Shown here: positions 34,803 through 35,857 of the stretch, in pieces | Position numbering within the stretch: position 1 is the first letter of the stretch | Layout: each line of letters opens with the position of its first letter | NCBI GenBank assembly: GCA_035270205.1 | Contig: DATFIH010000152.1 | Coordinates: 1 to 35,857, forward strand | Reading direction: 5' to 3' | Source: Clostridia bacterium | GTDB lineage: Bacteria > Bacillota > Clostridia > Christensenellales > DTU072 | DNA: 35,857 nucleotides | Translations under genes and position numbers: made by a program | Notes under the pieces: model-generated | What the model saw: only the letters and a program-made list of their open reading frames with translations | The model's database searches: none | What the model was told of the DNA's origin: nothing

Positions 34803-34878
34803 GGGAGCATAGCTCAGCTGGGAGAGCGCTTGCCTTACAAGCAAGATGTCATAGGTTCGAGCCCTATTGTTCCCACCA
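34803..34878 (+). tRNA. tRNA-Val (anticodon TAC)
   Basis: It folds as GGGAGCA / GCTC-GAGC / CTTGC-CTTACAA-GCAAG / ATAGG-TTCGAGC-CCTAT / TGTTCCC-A-CCA. Confidence 0.88.
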
Positions 34879-34880
34879 TC

Positions 34881-34925
34881 AAAAAGAACTCACATTTTAT
34901 TAGGTAAAATGTGAGTTCTTTTTCT
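34881..34925 (+). terminator. Intrinsic terminator after the tRNA cluster
   Basis: AAAAAGAACTCACATTTTA-ttagg-TAAAATGTGAGTTCTTTTT forms a perfect stem of about 17-19 bp that runs into a T tract. Confidence 0.85.
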
Positions 34926-35041
34926 ATATTGTTCATTTTATTAACTTTTATTTTTTAATTTCTGTTGTTGTTATTTTTAAGTCAAAAAATTGTCATTTTT
35001 TCTCTGAAATAACAATAAATTAGGCTTTTATGATTTACTTT

Positions 35042-35070
35042 TTGAGAATTAACATTTTATGTGCTATAAT
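35042..35070 (+). promoter_or_regulatory. Sigma-A-type promoter with an extended -10 (TTGAGA-17 nt-TGcTATAAT)
   Basis: The -35 is at 35042-35047, the TG at 35062-35063 and the -10 at 35065-35070. The GAGGTG RBS and the ATG at 35099 follow. Confidence 0.55.
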
Positions 35071-35098
35071 GTATGTATAACAAAAAACGAGGTGATAT

Positions 35099-35857
35099 AT
35101 GAGTTTATTAGGAAATAGTGTTTGCCATATAAGATATGGCAAAGGAAAAATTACCGAAATTACTGATGATAGAATAAAAATAGCCTTTTCTTCGGGTGAG
35201 AAACTATTTGAATACCCTTTTGCCTTTGATAGGTCCTTAACATTGGATTCAACTGAATTGCAAGCAGAAGTTATGTCTTTATTGAAGAAAGCTAAAAAAG
35301 AAAAATCCCGTAGAAAAGAAGAAAAAAGAAATAAAGAAATAGCTGCGAGAGAAGCTCGAAAACAAAAAGATTTGGAGCTTAAAAAATCTTCCGCTAAAAA
35401 GACAAAAGCTGCTAAGTTGGTTGTTAAAAAAAATGCGGAAATATATTTCGTTTTTCAAAATAAGAACTTTGAAGACGAGTTTAACAACAAATTTCTTTGG
35501 GCACCTATTCTGTCTCCTGGTGGTAAAACTGCAAAACACCACTGGAAAAGGTTGACAGAATTAAAAAAAGGCAATGTTATACTGCACGGAGTATCTGGTA
35601 ATATTGTTGCAATAAGTACGGTAACTGCGCCTTATATTGAAAGTCCGCGCCCCTCAACGCAGCCTGAAAATGACATTGAGATTATGGGAATGAAGGTAGA
35701 ATGTGATTATACGTTGCTAAAAAATCCATTAGCTTTTGCAAAATACAAAGAAGAGATTATTAAAACTAATTCTGAAACAACATATCCGCCATTTAACAAA
35801 AATGGAATGGGAAATCAGGGATATTTATATAATATCAGCGCAAACCTTGCTTTATTC
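35099..35857 (+). CDS. Partial CDS (first 253 codons, runs off the window): an N-terminal Tudor/UvrD-C-terminal-like motif, a Lys-rich linker, then a module of unknown function
   Basis: This ORF is not in the supplied track because it has no stop in the window. I translated it by hand from the ATG at 35099 to 35857 with no stop codon. It begins MSLLGNSVCHIRYGKGKITEITDDRIKIAFSSGEKLFEYPFAF. A linker follows (KKAKKEKSRRKEEKRNKEIAAREARKQK...), then IYFVFQNKNFEDEFNNKFLWAPILSPGGKTAKHHWKRLTELKKGNVILHGVSGNIVAISTV. GAGGTG lies 4-5 nt upstream of the ATG. Confidence 0.7.
   Translation, partial: MSLLGNSVCHIRYGKGKITEITDDRIKIAFSSGEKLFEYPFAFDRSLTLDSTELQAEVMSLLKKAKKEKSRRKEEKRNKEIAAREARKQKDLELKKSSAKKTKAAKLVVKKNAEIYFVFQNKNFEDEFNNKFLWAPILSPGGKTAKHHWKRLTELKKGNVILHGVSGNIVAISTVTAPYIESPRPSTQPENDIEIMGMKVECDYTLLKNPLAFAKYKEEIIKTNSETTYPPFNKNGMGNQGYLYNISANLALF

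Noticed and set aside
35279-35542. Minus-strand 87-aa ORF from the track.
   Set aside because: It is antisense to the Lys-rich linker of the + strand partial CDS that starts at 35099, which has a good promoter and RBS. The Phe/Ser-rich product is the mirror image of AAA/GAA codons.

Overview
This is a low-GC chromosomal segment that looks like Firmicutes/Clostridia. It uses the standard bacterial code (TGA serves as a stop), has SD-type ribosome binding sites, and its tRNA genes encode CCA. I support 24 protein-coding genes (one partial at the right edge), a 4-gene tRNA cluster (fMet, Met, Glu, Val), several sigma-A-type promoters and three intrinsic terminators.

Most genes are conserved housekeeping genes in classic Firmicutes order:
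- pth-mfd on the + strand.
- M16 peptidase-ftsK-rimO-cinA(C-domain)-recA-rny on the - strand.
- rlmCD, rlmH and tadA elsewhere.

I found no integrase, transposase, CRISPR array, phage genes or toxin-antitoxin pair.

The parts that look accessory or unusual are:
1. A 2791-aa BspA-type leucine-rich-repeat lipoprotein (3128-11503). Its stop codon overlaps the start of a phosphoribosyltransferase gene, and an Eis-like GNAT gene follows.
2. A WalJ/YycJ-like MBL hydrolase separated from rlmH by two tandem CPBP intramembrane protease paralogs.
3. An 815-aa lipoprotein after mfd that carries a split, degenerate parvulin signature.
4. An orphan glutamate-5-kinase-like gene.
5. A gene with its own promoter just downstream of the tRNA cluster. 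It runs off the right edge and may be the first gene of an island.

I do not see a complete multi-gene system in this window that is convincingly novel. The right-edge gene and the LRR-PRTase-GNAT unit are the best leads, and both rest on motif reading by eye rather than any search.
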